Origin: an uncultured virus (IMG/VR IMGVR_UViG_3300047546_001190)
Lineage: Duplodnaviria > Heunggongvirae > Uroviricota > Caudoviricetes
IMG/VR virus record: IMGVR_UViG_3300047546_001190
Reading direction: 5' to 3' (one strand)
DNA length: 64,000 nucleotides
Every line of letters begins with the position of its first letter. The first letter of the stretch is position 1. Shown here piece after piece: positions 36,751 to 45,636 of this stretch. Made by a program: the position numbers and the translations under genes. Under the pieces are notes generated by a model that saw only the letters and a list, made by a program, of their open reading frames with translations, was not told the DNA's origin and did not search any database.

Positions 36751-38093
36751 TGGCAGATAATCAATCAACAAGAGCAGGTAGTATAGGTGCATTTATTCTT
36801 CAGTCTGCTGATGGAAGTAAATCTGTTGACATTTCTCCTGGTATCGTTGAGTTAAACTACTACGAAAATATCTTATCAAACTCAGTGTCGATGTCCACAA
36901 CAGTAATCGATACTGGTTTTACTGATAGTCCTGTTGGCAATAATGGTATTGTCGATGGTCTTCCTATTCGTGGAGGGGAGAGAGCATATATTCTCTTAGA
37001 AGATAAACAACCAACACCAAATAAACTTGAGTTCAAAACTCAAAATGATAACTCTTTATATGTGAATCGTGTTCGTGATATTGATCCAGGAACTCAGCAG
37101 GACTTATACTCTATTGACTTTGTTCCAAGAGAACACTTTGCAAATGAACAAAGTCGTGTGGTAAAAAGATATGATGGAAACATATCGGATAACATTAAAG
37201 CAATACTTACAGAACCTCTCTTTAAGGAGAAAGGATTATTAACTAAGAAAGAAGTTAAGGTTGATGATACTTTAATTGACTACAACTTTATTGGTAATGA
37301 TAGAAAACCATTCTATGTTTGTACCTGGTTAGCATCTAAGTCTGTACCCAAAGATGTTGGTGAAAAAGATAGTGCTGCTGGATATTTGTTCTACGAAACT
37401 TATGATGGATATAATTTTAGATCGATTGATGCCTTGTTTGATCAGAAGTATAAGAAGAAGTATGTTTATACAAACACGGAGTTGAAACCTGAGGAGTATG
37501 ATGCTAAAGTTCTCTCTTATAATATTGAAAGAGATATTGACTTGAGTAATAATCTTACTCTTGGAACTTATGCAAACCGCAGCATCTTTTTTGACTTCTT
37601 TGCGATGGACTATAAGGTTCGTGAATATAATGTTGACGACAATCAGAAAGATGGTATTGTAACTGGTGGTCTTGATGAGATCTTATCTGTATCCGAAGAG
37701 TTTAGAAAACCAGTGTCAAGATTAATGAGTCATGTACTTGATGTTGGAACTCTTCCCAAAGGAAAGAATATTGAAGAGCAACTTGCCAACTGGAAGAATA
37801 GTCCATTTGATCCAACTTATGATGCTACCAGCACTATGGTTCAATCTGTCATGAGATACAACCAGATGTTCTTGATTAAAATTAACGTAGTAATTCCTGG
37901 TGATTTCAGTCTCAGAGCAGGTGATTTGGTTCACTGTGACTTTCCTGGTCTTACGATTGAAAAGAATACAGAAGTAAACAAGAAAAGTGGCGGCATATAT
38001 ATGATAGCAAGTTTGTGTCATCGCATTACCCCAAGAACTACTTTCACAAGTATGACTCTCGTAAGAGATAGCTTTGGCAGAAAACCTTTCTAA
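36750..38093 (+). CDS. baseplate hub protein (gp27-like)
   Basis: YYENILS, GYLFYET.DGYNF.SID, IPGD..LRAGD, G.Y.I..LCH; lies before gp5. Confidence 0.65.
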   Translation: MADNQSTRAGSIGAFILQSADGSKSVDISPGIVELNYYENILSNSVSMSTTVIDTGFTDSPVGNNGIVDGLPIRGGERAYILLEDKQPTPNKLEFKTQNDNSLYVNRVRDIDPGTQQDLYSIDFVPREHFANEQSRVVKRYDGNISDNIKAILTEPLFKEKGLLTKKEVKVDDTLIDYNFIGNDRKPFYVCTWLASKSVPKDVGEKDSAAGYLFYETYDGYNFRSIDALFDQKYKKKYVYTNTELKPEEYDAKVLSYNIERDIDLSNNLTLGTYANRSIFFDFFAMDYKVREYNVDDNQKDGIVTGGLDEILSVSEEFRKPVSRLMSHVLDVGTLPKGKNIEEQLANWKNSPFDPTYDATSTMVQSVMRYNQMFLIKINVVIPGDFSLRAGDLVHCDFPGLTIEKNTEVNKKSGGIYMIASLCHRITPRTTFTSMTLVRDSFGRKPF

Positions 38094-38102
38094 GAGACCA
38101 AA

Positions 38103-38321
38103 ATGACAGACAAATCACTCCAACAACATATCAACGACGACAAGGATGAACTCGATGATCCTAATACCAGTGGTCAACGTCGTCGTCATTTAGAGGATGA
38201 AGTAGAACATCTTGAGAAGTATCAAGCAAATCATCCCGACACCGATCACGATCCCACTGGTTTTGAAATGTATTGTGATGAGAACCCTGATGCATTAGAA
38301 TGTAGAGTCTATGACAGTTGA
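38103..38321 (+). CDS. cp12: CP12 Calvin-cycle inhibitor, phage type
   Basis: C-terminal FEMYCDENPDALECRVYD. Confidence 0.88.
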   Translation: MTDKSLQQHINDDKDELDDPNTSGQRRRHLEDEVEHLEKYQANHPDTDHDPTGFEMYCDENPDALECRVYDS

Positions 38322-40815
38322 GCAAGGTTTATTTAAGAGACATTTTGTAGGAAGAGATAACTTCATTTGGTGGATAGGTCAAATCGTTGACGAAACCAAA
38401 TGGAGTGGAAACATTCCTGGATATAGAACCAGAACTACAGATGATCATAAAGGATTTGAGTATCGTTATAAGGTTCGCATTATGGGATACCATACTGCAG
38501 TTCCTTCAGAACTTTCTGATGATGATCTTCCTTGGGCTTCTTTGATGTATCCAGTAACTGCTGGTGCAGGAACTGGTGGACTGTCTCAAACACCAAACCT
38601 TAAACAGGGTATGTTTGTGTATGGATTCTTCTTGGATGGAGAAGACGCACAACAACCAATCATTATGGGTGTGATTGGATTTAATGATTACACTCAAGTC
38701 TTAAATAATATCCCTGATGCAGGATTTCTTCCCTTTGAAGGTTATAAGTATGCGGAAGAACGAGTAGCAAAGGCTTCGATGCGAACAGAGAGGGAAGATC
38801 CTTTAGCAAAACAAAGTGCATCGTCTCCAAGTCAAGTAGGAATAAACACAACAAAGGTTCAGGGTGTAACTGGATACAACTCTCTGACTGATGCTGCATC
38901 AAAACAACAATATGATAAAGGTAAAAAGCAACATAGTATTCCTAAGACATCTGTATGTGAGAAGCAACCCTTAGGTCAAATTCAGTTAGATATTCTAAAT
39001 CTTGTACAAGATATTGAAAAGGCAAGAAAATCACTGACCGATTGGGAAACAAAGGTATCTACAAATATTGAGAATGTTCAAAGATGGATTGAAGATAAAA
39101 TAAAGTTTGTATCGGACAAAATTACTCAAGGAATTGAGTGGATTATTACTGAGATAGAAAAACAAACAATCAATAGAGTCAATAATGCACTAAAGGATAC
39201 TTACTTTTTACTCTTCCCAAATGAAAGACCAAACTTAAAAACTGCTGTAGAAACTGCTAATGATCTTCTTGCTTGCTTATTCAAAAAGATAATTGGCAAT
39301 CTTTTTAACTTGGTTTCTAAGTTATTAACTTCTTTGTTTGATAAACTTATAAATGTTCCTATTTGTTTTGCTGAACAGTTTACTTCAGTTATTCTTGGTA
39401 GTGTATTGAATGATATTCTTTCTGGAGTTACTTCTGTTCTTGGATCTATAAGTGGTATTGTTGGAACAGCAATTAATATTGCTGGAGACATCTTAGGATT
39501 TATTGCAGATATATTTTCATTCCTTACTTGTGATACAAAACCCGAATGTCCTGAGGTAGATACATGGAGTCCTTGGGATGGTCCTGATAAGACTGCTTCT
39601 TTTGATATTCAAGGTCTTATTGGTCAGGTAAAGGATTTTGCCAGAGATACTGTTGATCAAGTTGGTGGTGGTATTGGTGCAGTTGAAAAAGCAATTGGTT
39701 CTATTCAAGGAACTATTTCATCCGCAGTAAATGGATTTGAAACCAGTCCTTTAGGTGGAACATGTAATGTGGGTCCTTTCCGTTGTGGTCCACCGATTGT
39801 TGAGTTCTTTGGTGGAGAAGGATCAGGAGCTACTGGAAATGTAATCATCGGATTCACTGGTGAAATTTTAGGAGTTGATATCATTACCGAAGGTGGAAAC
39901 TATGCAGAACCACCATTTGTGAAGTTTAAAGATAACTGTGGCAAAGGATCTGGTGCTGTTGGTAGAGCAATTCTTGAGTTTGATCCTGAGGTTCCTGTTC
40001 CAATTCAAAACAGAACTGATAGTGCTCAAGGTTGTATTCCTTTGAGTGGATTAAAAAATGGTAGAGTTGTTGATGTTATAATCGAAGAACCTGGAAAGAA
40101 TTATCTTTACTCTTATGATGGTAGTGAAGGTGGAGGTGGAAGAACCTTTGCTAATTACTGCGAAACGATGGTAAGAAGAGCAAGTGGTTGTTACGATCTT
40201 CCTTATGTTTCTGGTCAAACCATACAATTAAATCCTGGAGACTGGATTAAGTATCCAAATTCAACTGCTGCTGTTAGAGTTACAGAGGCACAAACAGTGA
40301 CTGCTCCAGTATGTGGTGATTATGATTCTTCAAATCCACCACCAGGACCACCACCAGTATTCAGACAACCAGATCCATTCAACCCACCAAAACCAGTTGA
40401 TGATGAGAACTATCCTATTGATATTGAAATAATAGATTATGTTCCTTTGGATCCTGGATATGATTATAAACCAGGAGATCCGATTATTGTTGTTCCTACC
40501 CCATCAGATGATCCTAATGAGGATATTGTACCTCCAACAGATGTAGATGATCCTGATGGTGAAGTTGAAGAGGTTGATCCAGGTGGTGGCATCACAAAAG
40601 TCACAGTTATAAACAGAGGTCCATATACTAGTTATCCAAATATATTTGTTATAAGTAATACTGGATTTAATGCTAAACTTGTTCCAAGATTTAGAATTAA
40701 TCGTCTAACTCCAGAACAAGTTGAAGAAAGAATAACTTCAGGACAACCAATACTTTCTGTGATTGATTGTGTTGGTAAAATACCACCTAAACAGCAGTTT
40801 GATATAGTTCCATAA
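38311..40815 (+). CDS. gp5: baseplate hub/spike protein, gp5 N-terminal OB-fold
   Basis: WWIGQI, RYKVRIMGYH, DLPWA, V.GFFLDGEDAQQPIIMG. Confidence 0.82.
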   Translation: MTVEQGLFKRHFVGRDNFIWWIGQIVDETKWSGNIPGYRTRTTDDHKGFEYRYKVRIMGYHTAVPSELSDDDLPWASLMYPVTAGAGTGGLSQTPNLKQGMFVYGFFLDGEDAQQPIIMGVIGFNDYTQVLNNIPDAGFLPFEGYKYAEERVAKASMRTEREDPLAKQSASSPSQVGINTTKVQGVTGYNSLTDAASKQQYDKGKKQHSIPKTSVCEKQPLGQIQLDILNLVQDIEKARKSLTDWETKVSTNIENVQRWIEDKIKFVSDKITQGIEWIITEIEKQTINRVNNALKDTYFLLFPNERPNLKTAVETANDLLACLFKKIIGNLFNLVSKLLTSLFDKLINVPICFAEQFTSVILGSVLNDILSGVTSVLGSISGIVGTAINIAGDILGFIADIFSFLTCDTKPECPEVDTWSPWDGPDKTASFDIQGLIGQVKDFARDTVDQVGGGIGAVEKAIGSIQGTISSAVNGFETSPLGGTCNVGPFRCGPPIVEFFGGEGSGATGNVIIGFTGEILGVDIITEGGNYAEPPFVKFKDNCGKGSGAVGRAILEFDPEVPVPIQNRTDSAQGCIPLSGLKNGRVVDVIIEEPGKNYLYSYDGSEGGGGRTFANYCETMVRRASGCYDLPYVSGQTIQLNPGDWIKYPNSTAAVRVTEAQTVTAPVCGDYDSSNPPPGPPPVFRQPDPFNPPKPVDDENYPIDIEIIDYVPLDPGYDYKPGDPIIVVPTPSDDPNEDIVPPTDVDDPDGEVEEVDPGGGITKVTVINRGPYTSYPNIFVISNTGFNAKLVPRFRINRLTPEQVEERITSGQPILSVIDCVGKIPPKQQFDIVP

Positions 40816-41402
40816 TGGCACAGAAAAAAGATAGATACCAGACAAGACAGGGAACTCACCATAGTGAGACTAAACGTGGTCATATTCATAATGACAACAA
40901 TCAGTCTGCTTATATGGTGCGAGCAGGTGATGATGGTGGAAGACATTACTTAATGATGGATTCCACTGGAAGCACTGAGGGTGGTAGAAAAGGATCTACT
41001 CACGTTGTATGTCCTGGAACTTTTAATCTTATTGCTGCTGAGGATGTCTCCAAAAACATTCCTGGAATATTCATGGAGGCAGAAAGTGGAGACTTTATTA
41101 TCAACGTACCAAAAGGTAGACTAAGAATTTGTGCAGAGAACGTTGATATTCGTGCGACTGGGACAGGGAATGAAAAAGGTGTTATAATATTAGATTCTGA
41201 TGAAAAAATTATTTTAAAGTCTCAGCAAATTGATATAGATAGTAAAGTATCCACCAAAATATTCTCAGAAAAAACTGTAGAGTGTATTGGTAAGGGAATT
41301 CTTAACATCTATGGTGGTTTAGTTGATGTTGCTGATGGTGCAACAAAGATTAAAGGATCTAAAGGTGGAATCTTTACAAATGAACTTAGATTTGTGTTAT
41401 AG
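40815..41402 (+). CDS. beta-rich baseplate spike-associated protein
   Basis: Beta-helix-like periodicity; coupled to gp5. Confidence 0.55.
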   Translation: MAQKKDRYQTRQGTHHSETKRGHIHNDNNQSAYMVRAGDDGGRHYLMMDSTGSTEGGRKGSTHVVCPGTFNLIAAEDVSKNIPGIFMEAESGDFIINVPKGRLRICAENVDIRATGTGNEKGVIILDSDEKIILKSQQIDIDSKVSTKIFSEKTVECIGKGILNIYGGLVDVADGATKIKGSKGGIFTNELRFVL

Positions 41403-41407
41403 GAAAT

Positions 41408-42205
41408 ATGAAAGTACCTGATTTATTTGTTGGAAAGAGATTATTTGTAGGTATAGGAAACCCCGAGTGTTTAGGTAGAGGTCCACTTGAAATTCGTGGA
41501 TCTGCATACTTAGAAGGTCCAACTATTACTGGATCTCCATTAACTTTCCCTAATGTCTGGGGAACCGTAATGATTGGTCCTCTTGCAAACTCAGAATCTC
41601 CTCCACCAATTATTCCTGGCGTTCTGGTTGCTTGTGGAATCGTAAATAATTCTCCGTACTCACTTTCTGTTGTTGGTGATGCTGCTATTTTCTCCAATTT
41701 GGATGTAGATGGTATCATCACTGCAGGAGCAATCGTAAGAGCAGGAGCACTCATTCAATCTCAAGGAGATGTTGTTGCTTTCTGTGGTGCTCATAGACTT
41801 TCTGCTAAGAAGAACTTTGATATTCCTCACCCAACAAAGGAAGGTTGGAGACTTACTCATACTTGTGTAGAAGGTCCTGAAGCAGCAGTTTATATTCGTG
41901 GAAGAGTGAGATCGAATGAAATAAGACTTCCTGAATATTGGAAAGGTCTTGTTGATATTACCACCATTACTGTAAATCTAACAGCAATCGGTGCTCATCA
42001 AGATGTTATCATCAAGAGATGGGATGACGAAAAAGTATATCTTCAAGCAAAAGGAGGTATGCCTATCGATTGCTTCTATCACATCATGGCAGAAAGAATC
42101 GATACAGAAAAACTTATTCCAGAATATGAAGGATCTATTGAAGATTATCCTGGAGATAACTCTCAAAGATCGATTGCTGGATATCATTATGATACTAAGG
42201 AGTAA
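41408..42205 (+). CDS. tail/baseplate structural protein
   Basis: C-terminal KNFDIPHP..L.H.C.EGPE..Y.RG..LPEYW domain typical of fibre ends. Confidence 0.6.
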   Translation: MKVPDLFVGKRLFVGIGNPECLGRGPLEIRGSAYLEGPTITGSPLTFPNVWGTVMIGPLANSESPPPIIPGVLVACGIVNNSPYSLSVVGDAAIFSNLDVDGIITAGAIVRAGALIQSQGDVVAFCGAHRLSAKKNFDIPHPTKEGWRLTHTCVEGPEAAVYIRGRVRSNEIRLPEYWKGLVDITTITVNLTAIGAHQDVIIKRWDDEKVYLQAKGGMPIDCFYHIMAERIDTEKLIPEYEGSIEDYPGDNSQRSIAGYHYDTKE

Positions 42206-42209
42206 ATAA

Positions 42210-42494
42210 ATGCCTGAATTTAGTGGTTTTACACCAAGAGAAGCACCAGAATTACCTGATGATCCAAACTCTGGTAGTTTGAGTATTGCTGGAGGTGGTT
42301 CTTTTGGATCCTTGGTCGTAAGTGGAACATCAACATTATCTGTTGTTTCCGCAGGAGTTACTGTTGGTCTGGGAACAACTTCAGCACCATCAAACTCTCA
42401 ACTTACCTTTGAACTTACTAGTGATACAAACTTAAGAATCAAGGTCAGGGGATCTGATGGTGTGTTAAGGTCTGCAAATATTACTCTCGCATGA
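42210..42494 (+). CDS. hypothetical structural protein
   Basis: AGGAG RBS; S/T/G-rich. Confidence 0.6.
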   Translation: MPEFSGFTPREAPELPDDPNSGSLSIAGGGSFGSLVVSGTSTLSVVSAGVTVGLGTTSAPSNSQLTFELTSDTNLRIKVRGSDGVLRSANITLA

Positions 42495-42497
42495 CCC

Positions 42498-42526
42498 TTG
42501 ACAGGGCACCCGTGACCTGCTATATT
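42498..42526 (+). promoter_or_regulatory. sigma70-type early promoter
   Basis: TTGACA(42498)-N17-TATATT(42521). Confidence 0.7.
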
Positions 42527-42552
42527 ACTAAGGTAATCAACGGACGAACCGA

Positions 42553-42735
42553 ATGCAAGACGAGTATCTGACACGATGCGTGGTTGATCCAATCAAACGA
42601 ACCGTGTATCTGTACTCCAGTGAGGGGTCGGAAAAGGAAGTGGTCTGTGAGACCGTGGATGAATTTATGAACGTGTTAGACTTCGTTCGTGCCACAGTGG
42701 ATGAGGATACTCTCTCCTACGCAAATCCACTTTAA
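42553..42735 (+). CDS. hypothetical protein
   Basis: 60-aa ORF after promoter. Confidence 0.7.
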   Translation: MQDEYLTRCVVDPIKRTVYLYSSEGSEKEVVCETVDEFMNVLDFVRATVDEDTLSYANPL

Positions 42736-42796
42736 GTTCCATTTTTGGGGGGAAAAATTCCCGGCAAAATTTTAGTCCTATTACTTTTTCAAAATG
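42731..42796 (+). repeat. conserved intergenic element, copy 2
   Basis: GGGAAAAATTCCCGGCAAAA..CCTATTACTTTTT..ATG; similar copy at 26021-26084. Confidence 0.7.
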
Positions 42797-42973
42797 CGTC
42801 CAGAGACAAGACAATCGATGGAAATGCTGTTCTCAGCAAAATGGAATGTGCCAACTGCAGCAGTAAACTGTGGTCTGACTAATAAAGAGATGAAGATTAC
42901 ATTTAATGAATACTGTCGTTTACATCCCCCCACTTATGTGGTAGAATCTAACAATCAACTCAGTCTTCTCTGA
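42794..42973 (+). CDS. hypothetical protein, 59 aa (not in ORF track)
   Basis: MRPETRQSMEMLFSAKWNVPTAAVNCGLTNKEMKITFNEYC... Confidence 0.65.
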   Translation: MRPETRQSMEMLFSAKWNVPTAAVNCGLTNKEMKITFNEYCRLHPPTYVVESNNQLSLL

Positions 42974-42983
42974 GTTTTTTTAT

Positions 42984-43056
42984 GCCCGTGTAGCCCAGCG
43001 GAAGAGGCAGTGGACTTAAAATCCATCCAGGGTCGGTTCGAATCCGACCACGGGTA
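42984..43056 (+). tRNA. tRNA-Leu(UAA), short variable loop, no encoded CCA
   Basis: Acceptor GCCCGTG/CACGGGT, anticodon loop CTTAAAA, T-arm GTCGG-TTCGAAT-CCGAC, discriminator A. Confidence 0.88.
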
Positions 43057-43100
43057 TGAGGTTTATCCTCTAAATAACCAAAAGTAATAGGAACCTTCCT

Positions 43101-43370
43101 ATGAAGTACAGAATTGATGCCAGATATTGTTGGTACAATAAAGGAACGATGATTGTTCTGATGTATTTCATAAATCAAGTTCCGTTTACTTTTGATGAAC
43201 TTCCAGACGAATCCATTTACGATCTGGAACTAATCAAATTAGCAGATAACGAAAGACGATTTGAACCTGAGGACTTATACTATTCATCATTCTATTTGAT
43301 TGATGAAGAATGCCATCCGATGTTATTTGAAGTTGAACTGGAAAATCCCGAATTAATGCCAAATGATTGA
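43101..43370 (+). CDS. hypothetical phage protein
   Basis: 89-aa ORF with PFTFDE; late-like TAAATA upstream. Confidence 0.7.
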   Translation: MKYRIDARYCWYNKGTMIVLMYFINQVPFTFDELPDESIYDLELIKLADNERRFEPEDLYYSSFYLIDEECHPMLFEVELENPELMPND

Positions 43371-43971
43371 TTTACAATATGAGTCTAATTTTATCTTTCC
43401 AAAAGACTTATACATCAAGTTTCGTGCTCCAAATGCAGAAGAATTTATTGATGCTTTAGAAAAAAATCCTCAGATGGTAAAAAATGATCAATTTGAGTGG
43501 GGGAAATTATACAGTTCTCCGGATAAAGTCCCCTTAGAAAATGATGAATGGCAAAAATATTTAATTCCAAGTCTAAACAAATTTTCGGAAATTACAAAAT
43601 TAAATTTCGGTTGGAAAGTTATTAATTGCTGGTTGAATTTATATAAAAAAGGTGATTATCAAGAAATTCATAATCATGATGGTATTTTTAATGAGATAGC
43701 AGTTAATTTGTCTTGTGTGTTTTTTGTAAATAATGGTGAAAATTTTTCAGACTTTTATTTCTTTGATGTAAATCATAGTCACATAAATCATTTGTGGACT
43801 GAAATTTATAGATCTTCGACGGTTTTTAAACTTCATGCAGAAGCTGGAGATATATTGTTTTTCCCAACTCATTTGTTTCATAACGTCTCTCCACATAAAA
43901 GTGATATTATTAGAAAAACATTCTCGGCAAATATCATGGTTACTGAAATTAAACCTATGGAACCTCAGTAA
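43363..43971 (+). CDS. 2OG-Fe(II) oxygenase-like protein
   Basis: WLN.Y..GDYQE.HNH, LSCVFF, GDILFFP..L.H.V, R.TFS.N. Confidence 0.75.
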   Translation: MIDLQYESNFIFPKDLYIKFRAPNAEEFIDALEKNPQMVKNDQFEWGKLYSSPDKVPLENDEWQKYLIPSLNKFSEITKLNFGWKVINCWLNLYKKGDYQEIHNHDGIFNEIAVNLSCVFFVNNGENFSDFYFFDVNHSHINHLWTEIYRSSTVFKLHAEAGDILFFPTHLFHNVSPHKSDIIRKTFSANIMVTEIKPMEPQ

Positions 43972-43994
43972 AGTTTATATACATAATTTAATAT

Positions 43995-44066
43995 GCCTCT
44001 TTAGCTCAGCGGTAGAGCAACGGTTTTGTAAACCGTTGGTCATCGGTTCGATTCCGATAGGGGGCT
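43995..44066 (+). tRNA. tRNA-Thr(UGU)
   Basis: Acceptor GCCTCTT/AGGGGGC, anticodon arm ACGGT-TTTGTAA-ACCGT, T-arm ATCGG-TTCGATT-CCGAT. Confidence 0.92.
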
Positions 44067-44085
44067 TAAGTGATAAATTTAATTT

Positions 44086-44580
44086 ATGATTTTAAAGTAT
44101 AATTATTCTCATATTATAAGCAAAGAAGATCAAAAGAGAGCAATAAAACTTACTGATAATTTAATTAGAAAGGGAGATTGGCATAAAACATCTCCAAAAT
44201 TTCAAACTTTGCCAAATTTGCACACTTATGAAGAATTTAAAATATTTACAAATACTTTCATAGACTCTTGTTTCAATTATTTGAATATTATTTTTGATTA
44301 TAAAATCAAAATGTGGGTGTATAGAGATAATAGATTTAATAGTAAAAAGAAAAACCCATCACAGCAGTGGCATGAACATTCGTCAGGTAAGTTAAACAGA
44401 CTTTCTGGAATATATTACTTACAAAATTTAAGAAATGAAGGAACAGAATTTAAAAATTTTAACGTAATACCTGAATTATATACTTGGTACATATTTCCAT
44501 CACATCTTTTACATAAACCACCAGTAATAAAATCTTTTAGAAATAGATATACTATAGCAGCCGATTTTGAGTATAGTTAA
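44086..44580 (+). CDS. 2OG-Fe(II) oxygenase-like protein
   Basis: WHEH, LSGIYYL, GTEF, IFPS.L.H, RYTIAAD. Confidence 0.7.
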   Translation: MILKYNYSHIISKEDQKRAIKLTDNLIRKGDWHKTSPKFQTLPNLHTYEEFKIFTNTFIDSCFNYLNIIFDYKIKMWVYRDNRFNSKKKNPSQQWHEHSSGKLNRLSGIYYLQNLRNEGTEFKNFNVIPELYTWYIFPSHLLHKPPVIKSFRNRYTIAADFEYS

Positions 44581-44582
44581 AA

Positions 44583-44741
44583 ATGTCACTTATTTCACAA
44601 CAAGACCGTAAGATGGTCATAGAAGCACTTGAATATTATGTTCAAAAACTTAAGGAAGATAATCGCACAGAAGCTTCCATTACTTCATTTCAAACCCTCC
44701 TTAACTGGATCGAACTGGAGCATTTCAAAAATGAAAATTAA
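44583..44741 (+). CDS. hypothetical protein, 52 aa (not in ORF track)
   Basis: MSLISQQDRKMVIEALEYY...; fills the gap between coupled genes. Confidence 0.6.
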   Translation: MSLISQQDRKMVIEALEYYVQKLKEDNRTEASITSFQTLLNWIELEHFKNEN

Positions 44742-44904
44742 TCTTTGGTATTGTTCTGATATGAATCAGTGGCGTTGGACTTTGACTGATAATACCCGTC
44801 CTATTTGTAGACAAGAATCTGGACAAAGACCTTTTCTTCGTGATGCGATGAATGACGTTGCTAACACTGTAGAATATATGTTAGAATGCAAACAAAGTGA
44901 GTAA
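44731..44904 (+). CDS. hypothetical protein
   Basis: MKINLWYC..QWRWTL; GGAG RBS before ATG 44731. Confidence 0.65.
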   Translation: MKINLWYCSDMNQWRWTLTDNTRPICRQESGQRPFLRDAMNDVANTVEYMLECKQSE

Positions 44905-44914
44905 AAATACTTAG

Positions 44915-45523
44915 ATGAAATCAGATTTTTATATAGATAAGGTAGGTAAAGAAGAAATCAAAGATCTTCTTTATACCTATCATTATCTTAAAGACGAATC
45001 AAAAGATTTTAAATCTGGTTTCAACTATGGGCTTTTCAGATCCTCGGTTTCTGACATTCTTAGGGTTGGTGGTTGCTTGGGCACTTGTGTCTTTACTGGC
45101 CTCCCCGTCCCAGAAATAGCAGTAGGTGCTTTTGGATTACAAAGGCATGAGCAAGATGGTATCTATGAACTTTCAAGACTTTGTATTCATCCAGATGTTC
45201 AGAAAGAAGAATATAATATCACATCTTGGTTCGTCAGTCGTTGCATAAGGAGATTTAGAAAAGATGCCTCAGTTCGTGCTATTCTTAGTTACGCTGACTC
45301 TAATCACCACACTGGAGTTATATACCGAGCTTGCAATTTTCAATACTACGGTCTAACTACACCTAAGAAGGATTTTTATTATGCTGACGGAACTAAGCAT
45401 TCTAGAGGTAGCATTAGAGGTGTTGATGGTGAGTGGAGGGATCGCTCTCGTAAACATCGGTATCTTATGGTATTCGATGAGGGACTCAGAAAAAGGTTGA
45501 CATGGAAGGAAGAAAAGTGGTAA
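44915..45523 (+). CDS. Mom-like DNA modification protein (GNAT fold)
   Basis: YHYL, YELSRLC, SWFVSR, ILSYAD..HTG.IYRACNF.Y.G, KHRY. Confidence 0.75.
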   Translation: MKSDFYIDKVGKEEIKDLLYTYHYLKDESKDFKSGFNYGLFRSSVSDILRVGGCLGTCVFTGLPVPEIAVGAFGLQRHEQDGIYELSRLCIHPDVQKEEYNITSWFVSRCIRRFRKDASVRAILSYADSNHHTGVIYRACNFQYYGLTTPKKDFYYADGTKHSRGSIRGVDGEWRDRSRKHRYLMVFDEGLRKRLTWKEEKW

Positions 45524-45530
45524 TATATAA

Positions 45531-45595
45531 GTGGTGATACTGAACCAAAACCCCTTCCGTGTGGCTTGAGAACCTCCTTCGGGAGGTTTTCTTGT
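45531..45595 (+). ncRNA. candidate small RNA ending in an intrinsic terminator
   Basis: TTGACA(45497)-N18-TAATAT(45521); short 5' stem, unpaired AAACCCCTTCCGTGTG, terminator AACCTCC-TTCG-GGAGGTT. Confidence 0.4.
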
Positions 45596-45636
45596 ATCAT
45601 AAATAATCCATAACGGAAACTATAAGCATTAATAAG

